This document shows positions 30,305-40,938 of a DNA stretch of 64,000 bases, piece after piece (position 1 is the first letter of the stretch; each line of letters opens with the position of its first letter). Source of the DNA: an uncultured Chitinophagaceae bacterium (GTDB taxonomy: Bacteria > Bacteroidota > Bacteroidia > Chitinophagales > CAIOSU01); NCBI GenBank assembly GCA_964352775.1, contig CAYGTK010000004.1, forward strand, positions 594 to 64,593. The letters run 5' to 3'. The translations under genes and the position numbers were made by a program. The notes beneath the pieces are model-generated. The model worked only from the letters and a program-made list of their open reading frames with translations, ran no database searches and was not told where the DNA came from.

Positions 30305-32026
30305 CTACACTTGACCAGCAAGTGTTTCACTTACGTTCATCAAGTGGTCACCTATTTTTTCTGAGCGATTCACATAGTCAAGGTAAATAACCCCTGCTTG
30401 CGGCTTATAGATGTTTTTTTCTAGTCGCTCGTAATGGTTTTTAACCAATTGCTTCCGCTTTTTATTGATCTCTTTCTCTAGCGCATAGGCGGCTTTAAGC
30501 TCCTCCTCGTTTACCACACCTGTGTTCAAATGACCTCGAACTAACTGCACTGCTTGATAAGTGAGGTCGTGTAGCTCTCTGAACTCTTCAATAGCGTCTA
30601 CTGGCAGGGTGATCTTCAGCTTACTCATCCGCTGGTAATTACGTGCCATCTGGTAGTATATGTCCGCTATCCGCTCAAATTCATTGGCTATAGAGATCAT
30701 ACCCCTTATGCGCTCAATAGAGGCTGCGCTTAGATCCGACTCTGCCACTTTTGATAGGTATTCTACCAATTGTACTTCTATCGTATCAGTCAGCTCTTCT
30801 CGTTCCTTTATCTTGCTAATCAGCATTTCAGGTTTCTTCGGCTTATCAAAAATGAGTGCGGCGAAGGTGAAACTCATCTTTTCAATGATCTTAGCGAACG
30901 ATTGCAATTCTTTCAATGCTTCTCCAATGGATAATTCTGGAGTGGAGAGTACACCTCCTCTAATGAACATAAGAGTAGATTCCTCATCACCATCTCCTTT
31001 TGACGGCACCATCTGTATTACTATTCGCTCAATGTATGGTACAAAGCCAAATAAGAGGACCACGTTCAACACATTGAACATCGTATGGAAAATAGACAGT
31101 TTTATCGTATCGTCTACACTAGCTACATCACCTGTTTTTTTAACTGTTGCAGAAACTAGCCCTTCAAAAAATTCACTGAAGTTTTCGGCCAAGTAATTCA
31201 CCCCATCTAAAAACCAACCCATGAACAAAAGCATCCAGATAACACCCACTACATTAAAAATGAGGTGGAATCGTGCTGATCGCTTGGCATGAACATTTCC
31301 TATAGAGGCTGCAATATTTGCAGTAATTGTAGTTCCAATATTCTCCCCCAATACCATGGCCGCTCCAATATTAAGGTCTATCAACCCATTGGCCATCATC
31401 ACCAAAGTAACTGCCATGGTTGCACTAGATGATTGGATAACAATGGTAAGCAAGGTGCCTATTATTACGAAAAGAAGGGTGGAGAAAAAGCCTTTATCAG
31501 TAAGCGGGGCTACAAAGTTCAGTAACTCTGGGTTATTCTGTACATCAGGAACCGACTCTTTTAGAAAATCTAAACCAATAAAAAGGATACCAAAGCCGAT
31601 AACGAACTCCGCTATGTGCCGCATACGCTCGCGACTAGAGAACAGAAACCCAAAAAACAATCCGATAAGTATTTTGGCTACTATGGTTATTTTGAACTTA
31701 AAGCCGATGAGCGATAGTATCCAAGCCGTAATAGTAGTCCCAATGTTGGCCCCCATGATAACCCCCATGGACTGAGTAAGGGTTAATAAACCTGCATTTA
31801 CAAAACTAACCACCATTACTGTAGTGGCCGATGATGATTGAATAACTGCTGTGGTAAGAAAACCTGTAAAAATACCGCTGACCCTATTTGAGGTCATGCC
31901 TGCAAGTATTTTACGTAGTTGATCGCCTGCTACTTTTTGTAGCCCCTCGCTCATCATCTTCATTCCGAAAATGAAGATGCCTAGCGAGCCAAGTAGTTGT
32001 AGAAAATCAATTATGGAATAGTCCAT
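30305..32026 (-). CDS. Na/Pi cotransporter family protein with C-terminal PhoU-like domains
   Basis: Duplicated Na_Pi_cotrans repeats (QSSSATTVMVVSF.. and QSSSATMAVTLVM..GENIGTT), followed by a helical PhoU-like C-terminal half. Confidence 0.85.
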   Translation of the reverse strand: MDYSIIDFLQLLGSLGIFIFGMKMMSEGLQKVAGDQLRKILAGMTSNRVSGIFTGFLTTAVIQSSSATTVMVVSFVNAGLLTLTQSMGVIMGANIGTTITAWILSLIGFKFKITIVAKILIGLFFGFLFSSRERMRHIAEFVIGFGILFIGLDFLKESVPDVQNNPELLNFVAPLTDKGFFSTLLFVIIGTLLTIVIQSSSATMAVTLVMMANGLIDLNIGAAMVLGENIGTTITANIAASIGNVHAKRSARFHLIFNVVGVIWMLLFMGWFLDGVNYLAENFSEFFEGLVSATVKKTGDVASVDDTIKLSIFHTMFNVLNVVLLFGFVPYIERIVIQMVPSKGDGDEESTLMFIRGGVLSTPELSIGEALKELQSFAKIIEKMSFTFAALIFDKPKKPEMLISKIKEREELTDTIEVQLVEYLSKVAESDLSAASIERIRGMISIANEFERIADIYYQMARNYQRMSKLKITLPVDAIEEFRELHDLTYQAVQLVRGHLNTGVVNEEELKAAYALEKEINKKRKQLVKNHYERLEKNIYKPQAGVIYLDYVNRSEKIGDHLMNVSETLAGQV

Positions 32027-32084
32027 ATGGGTTAGCGCTAATGCTGCGCAAATTTAGGATAACCGAAGGGTCGCCGACCTAAGC

Positions 32085-34460
32085 CTATGTTAAGTTATTG
32101 TTAACGGCTGCTGCTTTTACCTTCAAATGGGCCTTTGCGCTCGCTTTTATTACCTCTTTATCCCAAAGCATAGGGATGGTCTCTCCGTTTAGCCACTTTT
32201 TAAATAGGTCGCTATAATGGGGGCTAGCCACATTACCTGATTGCCCTGGAGGCATAATGCATTCACTTTTTTGCCATTTTGCAGGAGTAAGTATCTGCCG
32301 GTATGATGCTGCTACTAATTGGTAACCCATTCTATTATTGGCCGTTGTAGCGGTTTGGCATACTGTATCCGTATTTCCACCAATAGGAAATGGGCCGAGG
32401 TTAAATATTTTATCCATTGGCGCTTGCACACTTAATGGGTGACTTAATTGCACTTGATGCAGCCTGCCATAAGTCCATTTTTCAGGATCTTTTCCAAAGT
32501 GCTTTTCCAAGTATTCTTTGGTCAATTCTAGTGACCGCAACACCCATTTTTCTTTACCGCCATATTGCTCTACCCACTTGCTCTTCTCAGGGTCTTTAAG
32601 CATCCTGATGATATTATAGGTGTCGTGCCCATAAAATTCATTGTGAGTAAGAATTATTGGAGTAAGGCTTTCACCCATTACTTCCTTGGCTAATTCTTCG
32701 CCTAGCCCTTCAGTAACTATCTCTTTGAACAGATAATAACGAAGTACCTCGTATACCGTGGATGCTGTACTGTAGGTCTTTAAGTTCCCCTTCCAAGGTT
32801 TGAATTTGTCGGTTAAGGGCAAGTACTCTTCAGGTATTTCTATCGACTTCAGTTCTCTAACCAATACCAAGGCTGGTGGGCAATGCACATCTATCTGCCA
32901 AGCCTTCATATCTCGTTTACGAATGGGTTCGGTCACATCAGCAAAAAGCTGCTCTACCCGCTTAGCTCGGTAACCATTCATCCAGCTATCGCCCAAGTAA
33001 TGGGGATAATTCTCATCCACTACTTTATGGTTACAGCTAATGATATAACCTCGTTCAGGGTTAAGCGTGTGTGGCATTTCATTAAAGGGCACAAAATCGC
33101 TCCATTCGCCTTCACCACTTGCTCCGTCTTGAGGTAACCGCCCTTCTCCTTTCTGGCGTTTAGGTACTTTACCACTTACCCAATAGCCGATATTCTTTTT
33201 ATCAGCATACATAATGTTCAATCCAGGGGCATCTATCTTCTTTACTCCATCCACGAAATCATTCCATCCTTTCGCTTCATTTATCTCATACCAAGCTTGC
33301 AGTATGTTCAAGTCCTGAAAACACATCGACCGAAGGGCCAATTTCTTCTCAGGTTTGCCTAGTATATCAGAAATAATAGGGCCATTATGCGTTTCCACTA
33401 CTTCTTCTAAATGAGGCTTGGCGTCTTTTACCTTTATCTCTTCCTGGTGAATTTGGGCTGCTTTTGTTTCTCCTTTATAACTGTAATCTGTTTTAGAAGA
33501 GAAGGTCTCTATTACCACATCCTGAATATCAGTGAACGAGAGGGTGATGCCCCAACCTATCTTCTGATTATGCCCAATAAGTACCAACGGTAAACCAGGA
33601 ACGGAAGTGCCCGTTACCTCTAACCCACCGCCACTTAGGTGATTCATGTACCACACAGCAGGGAGTGATAAGGATAGATGTGGGTCGTTGCACAGAATAG
33701 GGTCGCCGCTAGATGTATGCTCACCACTTACCGCCCAAGCATTACTACCACTAATGGTTTTTAGGTAGGGACCATTAATTGCGCCCAAACGACCATCGTC
33801 GGCCAATTCAAAGCACTCACCGCTTTTTTGTAGACCTACAGGGTTATTGGGATCGTAGTGAATGTCTAGCTCGGCGGCCATTTCGGGGCCTACTTTTTCT
33901 ATTAAAGTTGCTCGGGTTATCTCGCTTAGCCAGGCATAAGACATCTGGAAAGCCATCAGCCTAGCAATAGACAACACATCCGACACGTCCCACTTTCTAG
34001 GTTCAAATTTCAGCAATCGGAATTCAACAGGTAATGCTCGCTGTTGATCAATAGCAGCGTTTACACCTTCTACATAGCGTTCTAGTAAGCCTAGTAATTC
34101 GTCTGTTAAAGTAGCTTTATCGGCCTTTGCCATTCGGTGGAAGCCGAAAGTTCGGCTGGCTCTATCGGTGTCCAATGCTCCTTGTCCTACTACTTCCGAT
34201 AGTTCTCCTTTTGCCACCCTTCGGGTCAGCTCCATTTGAAAGAGACGGTCTTGTCCGTGACAGTAGCCTTGTAAAAAGCTAAGATCACCTTTACTTTTTG
34301 CGTAAATGTGCGGCACACCCCACTTATCGCGGTAGATGTCGCCATTGGCAGAAAGCCCATCTAGCTTAACCCGACCCGATACTTTTGGCAGACTCTTTTT
34401 CGCTAAGTAGTTTACATACCAGCGAAGGGGTGGGGTAATTAGCTTTTGAATAAAAGACAT
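32085..34460 (-). CDS. Penicillin acylase family Ntn-hydrolase (possible acyl-homoserine-lactone or beta-lactam acylase)
   Basis: 791 aa. DRLFQME in the alpha part. The predicted autoproteolytic site GSNAWAVSG supplies the beta-subunit N-terminal Ser nucleophile. NDPHL follows. Confidence 0.85.
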   Translation of the reverse strand: MSFIQKLITPPLRWYVNYLAKKSLPKVSGRVKLDGLSANGDIYRDKWGVPHIYAKSKGDLSFLQGYCHGQDRLFQMELTRRVAKGELSEVVGQGALDTDRASRTFGFHRMAKADKATLTDELLGLLERYVEGVNAAIDQQRALPVEFRLLKFEPRKWDVSDVLSIARLMAFQMSYAWLSEITRATLIEKVGPEMAAELDIHYDPNNPVGLQKSGECFELADDGRLGAINGPYLKTISGSNAWAVSGEHTSSGDPILCNDPHLSLSLPAVWYMNHLSGGGLEVTGTSVPGLPLVLIGHNQKIGWGITLSFTDIQDVVIETFSSKTDYSYKGETKAAQIHQEEIKVKDAKPHLEEVVETHNGPIISDILGKPEKKLALRSMCFQDLNILQAWYEINEAKGWNDFVDGVKKIDAPGLNIMYADKKNIGYWVSGKVPKRQKGEGRLPQDGASGEGEWSDFVPFNEMPHTLNPERGYIISCNHKVVDENYPHYLGDSWMNGYRAKRVEQLFADVTEPIRKRDMKAWQIDVHCPPALVLVRELKSIEIPEEYLPLTDKFKPWKGNLKTYSTASTVYEVLRYYLFKEIVTEGLGEELAKEVMGESLTPIILTHNEFYGHDTYNIIRMLKDPEKSKWVEQYGGKEKWVLRSLELTKEYLEKHFGKDPEKWTYGRLHQVQLSHPLSVQAPMDKIFNLGPFPIGGNTDTVCQTATTANNRMGYQLVAASYRQILTPAKWQKSECIMPPGQSGNVASPHYSDLFKKWLNGETIPMLWDKEVIKASAKAHLKVKAAAVNNNLT

Positions 34461-34502
34461 TGGCGTGCTTTAAGGTTAGCCCTTAAAGTTATAGATCCCT
34501 TG

Positions 34503-35261
34503 CTAATTGTTCAGGTTCCAGTTATACGATAGGTGCTTCACTTTCGCCTTTTCGGAAACAGGTTTGTCAGCATATTGATTAATGTATGCTATCAGCGAGC
34601 CATTCTTGGTAAAATCACCCTTAAACCAACTGAATATTTTAGATAACTGCACTTTGTCTTCTGCCAATATGTTTTTAGTCGGGTCATTAACAAAGCTTTT
34701 AGCTTGAGCTGTTAATTGCTGCTCTAACTTCTCTGCCGTGAAGGCCTCATTCAATAAGTTCGGACAAGAAACCGACGCACACACAATAGCGAAATGGATC
34801 CGTGGCTCATCAAACTTCTTTCTTAAGATCTTATGTTCTATTTCATCCAAGTTCATTTCCACGCCACCAATTTTGAAAAATTTGATGTGCCAAGGGGTGT
34901 TCACCAAAGGGATGTGAAGTTTCTTTATATCAGTTATACTCTCTAAAGGGTAATGGCGCAGTATCAACTCTACTGTAAAAGCATTGTAAGCATTTATCCA
35001 GTAAGCCAAGCGTTCTTCTTCTGTCCATTTTTCAGGATGGGGGTGGTTGTTGCTTAATAAGTCTAAGTAACCTTTCAGCGTTGCCCTATCTTCCATAAAA
35101 CCATCATAATTCACCTTTCCATCAGCTGATACATGCTCCACTAAAAGGGCATTCCATTTTTCATGCGAAATGGCCTTTTCAGCATATTGCGGTTGGGCAG
35201 AAGAACATCCTGAGCTGATCAATAAAACGATGAGAAAAAGGAATTTTATCATTGAATTCAT
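34503..35261 (-). CDS. DUF547 domain-containing lipoprotein
   Basis: Lipoprotein-like signal LLISSGCSS. AYWINAYNAFTVELI is the DUF547 hallmark. Confidence 0.7.
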   Translation of the reverse strand: MNSMIKFLFLIVLLISSGCSSAQPQYAEKAISHEKWNALLVEHVSADGKVNYDGFMEDRATLKGYLDLLSNNHPHPEKWTEEERLAYWINAYNAFTVELILRHYPLESITDIKKLHIPLVNTPWHIKFFKIGGVEMNLDEIEHKILRKKFDEPRIHFAIVCASVSCPNLLNEAFTAEKLEQQLTAQAKSFVNDPTKNILAEDKVQLSKIFSWFKGDFTKNGSLIAYINQYADKPVSEKAKVKHLSYNWNLNN

Positions 35262-35395
35262 ACTGTAGTAAAGTTAAGCTGTTCCGAAGTATTACAAGGT
35301 CATGGAAAAGACTTACCAACAACACCGAAAAAATCGGGTCAGAACTTTGATTAGCGGCCATGTATTAGTTATTTTGTGATGTAATTAGCAGCCCC

Positions 35396-38300
35396 ATGAA
35401 TATCTCTGCTATTTCTAAACCAACAACCCTATCTAAGCTTTGGCTTCTGGGGCTTTGCTTTGCCCTTTTTCAACTGCCCATTTTTGCCTCGCATTCTGTT
35501 GGTGCCGACCTTACTTATGCCTGTAATGGTAACGACAATTATACCATTACCATGAACTTCTATCGCGACTGTGATGGTGTTCGTGCCCCTGCCACAGCCC
35601 TTATTAACCTAAGCTCTGCCTCTTGCGGATGGTCGCAAACATTAACGCTTTTCAAGCAATCATTCTCTGCTGTTCCTGCAATTTGTCCCTCTCAAGCCAA
35701 TCAAACTACCTGTAATGGCGGCACTTTACCAGGTGTGGAACAACATATTTATTCGGGTAACATCACCTTACCTCAATGTCCAGACATTGTAATGAGTTAT
35801 GATCTCTGCTGTCGAAATGGAGCTATTACCAACCTTTCCAACCCAGGTAGTCAAGATATGTATGTGGAAGCCGTACTCAACAATACCTTGCCTACTTGCG
35901 ATAACTCCCCTGTTTTCACTACCCTGCCCGTTCCATACGTATGCGCTGGACAAACAATTTTTTACAACCATGGCGCCATTGATTTTGATGGCGACCAATT
36001 GGTATACACCATGATAAACCCACTAGATGGGCCTGGTTTAGGTATTGGATACACTGGTGGCTTTGGCGTAAACAACCCCATGTCAACTACTGGCGGATTT
36101 AATTTCAGTAGTACTACTGGTCAAATGACTTTTGACGCTAATCCTAATCAAAACGCTGTAATAACGGTTCTTGTTGAAGAATACAGGAACGGTGTGCTAA
36201 TAGGGTCAACCATGCGCGATATTCAAGTAGTGGTGCTTGCTTGTAACAATCTACCCCCATCCGTTACGGGTATAAATGGAACCAGCGATTTCTCCATAGA
36301 TGTTTGTGTAGGCACGCCTTTATGCTTCGACCTATTTACCAGCGACGCTGATGCCACCGACAATGTTACCATAGGGTGGAATAGTGCTATCGCCGGGGCA
36401 ACATTTACCGATAATGGCGGAAACCGACCGACTGGCACCTTCTGTTGGACTCCTGGTCTTGCGGATGTTGGAGCCAACCTTTTTACGGTTACCGTTCAAG
36501 ACGATGCCTGCCCCATATTCGCCAGTCAAGTTCAGGCTTATACAGTCAATGTTATTGGTTCTTCGTTCAATACTACTACCGCTACCACAGATGCAACTTG
36601 CCCACAAGGAACGGATGGAAGTATGCAAGTGAATATAACTGGAGCAATTCCTCCAGTAACTTATTCCTGGAGTACTGGTGACGTTACGCCTAGTGTTCCA
36701 ACAATTAGCGCAGGTACGTATAATGTAACCACTACCAACGGTGACGACTGTGCTTTGATAGATACTGTAGTAGTTAGCGCCCCGCCCGACTTTCAGATCA
36801 ACTTTGTGGCTACTGATGCGGTATGCAATGGTGATGCTAATGGAACGGTAACTGCTTTCCCAAGTGGAGGAACGGTAGCTGCTGATTACACCTATTTGTG
36901 GTCACTTCCGCCAAGTGCGGGTAATAACACCAACTTTATTGATAGCCTTGGTTCGGGAAGCTACACGCTTACCATTACTGATGATGTGGGATGTACTTAC
37001 GACTCCGCTTCTTTTGTTTTCCAACCTGGGCCGATCGTTCTGCAGGTAAGCGCTACTTCTACCAGTAATTATAATGGAGAAGATATTAGCTGCTATGGCG
37101 AGAGCGATGGAGAAGTAACGGTAACCTCCAACGGTGGTAGTTTGCCATACACCTACTTGTGGTCGAGTAATGCGGCGGGCCAAACCACCCCCGTTATCGC
37201 CAACTTAGCAGAAGGTACTTACGCGGTAACCGTAACCGACGGAAACAGCTGTAACGTTGGCACACAGGTAACCCTAGTTCAACCTGACTCTATAAGCTTA
37301 GCTTTAGATACCCTTGCAAATGTTAGCTGTTTCGGCTCTAACGACGGACAGGCAGAAGCCCTAGCGGTAGGTGGAACAGGGGCATATACTTACTCTTGGG
37401 ATGCAGGCGCTACTGGACAGAACACCGCTACAGCATCTAACTTACCAGCAGGTACTTATTCCGTAACAGTTAGCGATGCTAACGGATGTACTACTAATGG
37501 CAATGTTGCCGTAACTATTACCCAACCCAATGCCCTTACTGTAAGAGTAACCCCTACCACGGATTATGCAGGCTTTAATATTACTTGTAACGGAACGGAT
37601 GACGGCGCTGTATTAGCTGATGTAACGGGCGGTGTAGAACCTTATACCTACGCTTGGAACGTACCAGGAAGTACCGCCTTTTTAACAGAGGTATTTGCAG
37701 GAACATATACCGTAACGGTTACAGACTCTAACGGTTGTATTGCCATTCACGATAGTATATTAACAGAGCCGCCAGCACTTACTTTGAGTGCCGCTATTAC
37801 CAGCAACTATAGTGGAAGTGACATTTCCTGCTATGGCGAAGCAGATGGTGAAGCTACTGCTACACCAGTTGGTGGAGTGACCCCATACCTATATGATTGG
37901 AACGACCCAACAAATCAGAGCACGGCTATAGCTGTTGGGCTTTCTCCTGATATAACTTATGTTGTTATTGTTACCGATGAGAACGAGTGTACGGCTATTG
38001 ATTCCGTTACTTTAACAGAGCCTGATTCTGTAATGGCTTTGGCTTCTGTTTTCTCTGATTTTAACGGGGAAGACATCAGTTGTTTCAATGGAACAGATGG
38101 CGAAGCTACAGTGGCAACAATTGGTGGTACAGGAGCATACACTTACACGTGGGGTGCCAGTGCTGGGAGTCAAAATACGCAAGTGGCTACAAGTTTGTCT
38201 ATTGGGGTTTATCAAGTTACCGTCTCGGATGCTAATGGATGTATAGACACCTCGTTTACCACATTAACCCAACCTGACAGCATTACTATTACCACCCAGT

Positions 38301-40513
38301 TGGTTAACCTCTTTAATGGCTCACCAGTGAGCTGCTTTGGTGCTAACGATGGGGAGGCTTCCGCAATTGCTACGGGGGGTGTACCTAACTACAACTACAC
38401 TTGGCAGAATAACACATCTGGTACGTCTGACTCTGTAGCTACAGGATTAGCGGCGGGCATCTACACCATTGTGCTTACCGACTTAAACGGTTGTACCAAT
38501 GTGGGAAGTATTACGCTTACTGAACCCGACTCCGTCATGGTTCAAGCGATTGTAAATACAGACTTTAACGGCTTCAATATCTCTTGTGAAGGCGGAAGCA
38601 ATGGAGAAGTGGAAGCTCTGGCTTCTGGTGGCACAGGTGCTTACACCTATGCTTGGAACACTGCTGATTTAACGGCAATAGTTACTGGCTTAGATACGGG
38701 ATCGTATACCATTACTGTAACTGATGCGAATGGTTGTACAGCAGTTGACGATACACTACTAACACAACCAACCGCATTAGACTTAAGTATTGCGATAACA
38801 AGTAATTATAATGGGGAGGACGTAAGTTGTTTTGGCGCAACTGACGGAGAGTTAACGGCTAACCCTAATGGAGGAGTAAGCCCATATCAATATGCTTGGA
38901 ATGTTGGCGGGCAAACAACTGCCATTGCAACTAATTTAGCGGCTAATACAACCTACGAAGTTACTGTGACCGATGATAACGGTTGCGTCATAGTTGCCGA
39001 TACCATGTTGACCGAGCCAGCCGAATTGATAGCAAGCACCGTAGTTTCTTCTGACTATAATGGGGTAGATATTACCTGCTTTGATGCCGCCGATGGCGAA
39101 GCTACTGCTTCGGCAATTGGTGGCACGGGAGCTTATGGATATACGTGGGATGCAAATGCTGGTGGTCAAACTACCGCAGTTGCCAATAGTTTGGCAGAAG
39201 GTAATTACACGGTAACCATTACCGATGACAATGGATGTACTAGTACTTCAGTAGTTACCATCACCGAACCCACTGAAATAGGCGTAAACACCAGCGTTAT
39301 ATCCGACTTTAACGGGGAAGATGTGAGCTGTTTTGGCGCGAATGATGGTGAAGCCAGTGCTGCTGGTAATGGTGGCGTACCTGATTATTTCTACCTCTGG
39401 GAAACCAGTATTCTGGGAGCTTCTGACTCCATTGCACGGGGGCTTTCGGCTGGTACTTACAGTATTACCATCACCGACTTGAATGGTTGTACCACATTGG
39501 GTAGCGTTACCTTGACAGAGCCTGATTCTATAGATCTGATCACCGCTTCGGTTGATCCGCTTTGTTTTGGAGATAATTCTGGCAAGGCCGCTGTTTCTGC
39601 TTCGGGCGGAACGGGTATCTATGTTTACAGTTGGGATAATACACAAACAACCTCTACTGCAGTTGGGCTTGGCTCTGGAACATATGATATTACCGTAACT
39701 GATGCAAATGGATGCACAAATACCGCGAACGCCATAGTAGTTGAACCAGATGAGTTATTGCTCGACCTGGATGTTACCGACCCATCTTGTGAACTAATAG
39801 GTGACGGTTCTTTACAAGCATTGGCTAAGGGAGGTGCTCCAGGTTATGAATACTTATGGAGTACGGGTGATCTATCAGCTTCTATTATTGATCTTATTAT
39901 TGGGGGTTATGCTATTACTGTTACGGACGCTAATGGGTGTTCAGTAATAGATAGTAGCACTTTGATCTCTGCCCCGCTAGCCGAAATTTCTATTTCGACA
40001 GATAAGGATACCGTGCTTTACGGCGGCGCTGCACAATTGACCGCAACCGTAATTAACGACCCCAATGGATTAGCTACCGATAATTTTGAGTGGGAAGAAA
40101 ATACTTGGTTAAACTGCACGTTCTGCACTAACCCTTTGGCTTCAGGGCTTTTGAGCGACACCATCTTCACCGTTACTTACTATGATGCTGGTGGCTGCCC
40201 TGTGGTAGATTCTATAAGCATCGTGGTATTGGAGAATGAGAAAGTACTATTCACGCCAAATATTTTCACACCTAACAACGACCAAGTAAACGACCATTTC
40301 AAACCAATAGCCTTAGGCGCCCGCATCTCTTATGTAGGAATATTCACCCGCTGGGGGGCCAAGGTTTTTGAGACCGACAACTTAGTAAATGGTTGGGATG
40401 GAACTTTCAATGGAAAAGAAATGAACCCAGGCGTTTACGCTTACAAAGTCACTTTGGTGTTCCAAGATGGTAAGAAGGAGTTGCGCGCAGGTAGCGTAAC
40501 ACTCATCCGCTAG
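35396..40513 (+). CDS. Giant gliding-motility-associated C-terminal-domain (T9SS type B CTD) surface protein with 14 SprB repeats
   Basis: Signal peptide ..QLPIFASHS. Cys-rich N-terminal region (GADLTYACNGND..FYRDCDG). Repeats of the form NGEDISC(Y/F)G..DGEA.....GG...Y.Y.W.........L..GTY.VTVTD.NGC. The C-terminus FTPNIFTPNNDQVNDHFKP..WGAKVFE..GWDG..NGKEMNPGVYAY matches the type B (TIGR04131-like) sorting domain. Confidence 0.85.
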   Translation: MNISAISKPTTLSKLWLLGLCFALFQLPIFASHSVGADLTYACNGNDNYTITMNFYRDCDGVRAPATALINLSSASCGWSQTLTLFKQSFSAVPAICPSQANQTTCNGGTLPGVEQHIYSGNITLPQCPDIVMSYDLCCRNGAITNLSNPGSQDMYVEAVLNNTLPTCDNSPVFTTLPVPYVCAGQTIFYNHGAIDFDGDQLVYTMINPLDGPGLGIGYTGGFGVNNPMSTTGGFNFSSTTGQMTFDANPNQNAVITVLVEEYRNGVLIGSTMRDIQVVVLACNNLPPSVTGINGTSDFSIDVCVGTPLCFDLFTSDADATDNVTIGWNSAIAGATFTDNGGNRPTGTFCWTPGLADVGANLFTVTVQDDACPIFASQVQAYTVNVIGSSFNTTTATTDATCPQGTDGSMQVNITGAIPPVTYSWSTGDVTPSVPTISAGTYNVTTTNGDDCALIDTVVVSAPPDFQINFVATDAVCNGDANGTVTAFPSGGTVAADYTYLWSLPPSAGNNTNFIDSLGSGSYTLTITDDVGCTYDSASFVFQPGPIVLQVSATSTSNYNGEDISCYGESDGEVTVTSNGGSLPYTYLWSSNAAGQTTPVIANLAEGTYAVTVTDGNSCNVGTQVTLVQPDSISLALDTLANVSCFGSNDGQAEALAVGGTGAYTYSWDAGATGQNTATASNLPAGTYSVTVSDANGCTTNGNVAVTITQPNALTVRVTPTTDYAGFNITCNGTDDGAVLADVTGGVEPYTYAWNVPGSTAFLTEVFAGTYTVTVTDSNGCIAIHDSILTEPPALTLSAAITSNYSGSDISCYGEADGEATATPVGGVTPYLYDWNDPTNQSTAIAVGLSPDITYVVIVTDENECTAIDSVTLTEPDSVMALASVFSDFNGEDISCFNGTDGEATVATIGGTGAYTYTWGASAGSQNTQVATSLSIGVYQVTVSDANGCIDTSFTTLTQPDSITITTQLVNLFNGSPVSCFGANDGEASAIATGGVPNYNYTWQNNTSGTSDSVATGLAAGIYTIVLTDLNGCTNVGSITLTEPDSVMVQAIVNTDFNGFNISCEGGSNGEVEALASGGTGAYTYAWNTADLTAIVTGLDTGSYTITVTDANGCTAVDDTLLTQPTALDLSIAITSNYNGEDVSCFGATDGELTANPNGGVSPYQYAWNVGGQTTAIATNLAANTTYEVTVTDDNGCVIVADTMLTEPAELIASTVVSSDYNGVDITCFDAADGEATASAIGGTGAYGYTWDANAGGQTTAVANSLAEGNYTVTITDDNGCTSTSVVTITEPTEIGVNTSVISDFNGEDVSCFGANDGEASAAGNGGVPDYFYLWETSILGASDSIARGLSAGTYSITITDLNGCTTLGSVTLTEPDSIDLITASVDPLCFGDNSGKAAVSASGGTGIYVYSWDNTQTTSTAVGLGSGTYDITVTDANGCTNTANAIVVEPDELLLDLDVTDPSCELIGDGSLQALAKGGAPGYEYLWSTGDLSASIIDLIIGGYAITVTDANGCSVIDSSTLISAPLAEISISTDKDTVLYGGAAQLTATVINDPNGLATDNFEWEENTWLNCTFCTNPLASGLLSDTIFTVTYYDAGGCPVVDSISIVVLENEKVLFTPNIFTPNNDQVNDHFKPIALGARISYVGIFTRWGAKVFETDNLVNGWDGTFNGKEMNPGVYAYKVTLVFQDGKKELRAGSVTLIR
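36560..39976 (+). repeat. Tandem array of 14 coding SprB-type repeats (~81 aa each)
   Basis: I parsed the translation by hand. Units are delimited by T(E/Q)P(D/T/P)... and each contains one ..SC.G..DG.. block and one TD.NGC block. Confidence 0.85.
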
Positions 40514-40938
40514 CTTTCCATTTACAAATGAGCATAAGTTTTGGCGGGTTTTGTGATGTTTTTTCGAGAAGCTAAGCACCTATACAACCTGCGTTTCAGC
40601 GCTTTTTTAGCTCTTCATAAGATATCTAAAATTTATGCTGATCACGCTCGTTGCTTCATTACTAAGCTATATATGCCTTTCAAGGCCGACGGTTTTTTCC
40701 CAATTTATTGGGTGCACCGTTTTGTACCTTTTTGAGCAGAAACTCGTGCTTATTGAACTTCTGCATGCACAATTCAGAATAAGACGCTTACCTGTAGTAC
40801 ATTTATGGTCTTTAAGAATTGTACCGACCCCCCTTTTAGATGTTTCACCTTCACGACAGTAAAAATTTCCTCCAAAAAGCTTCACTGAAGAAGTTGTGGA
40901 ATGCTGGGCAGGTGGAGAGTAGTTACCAGCAGTCGAGA

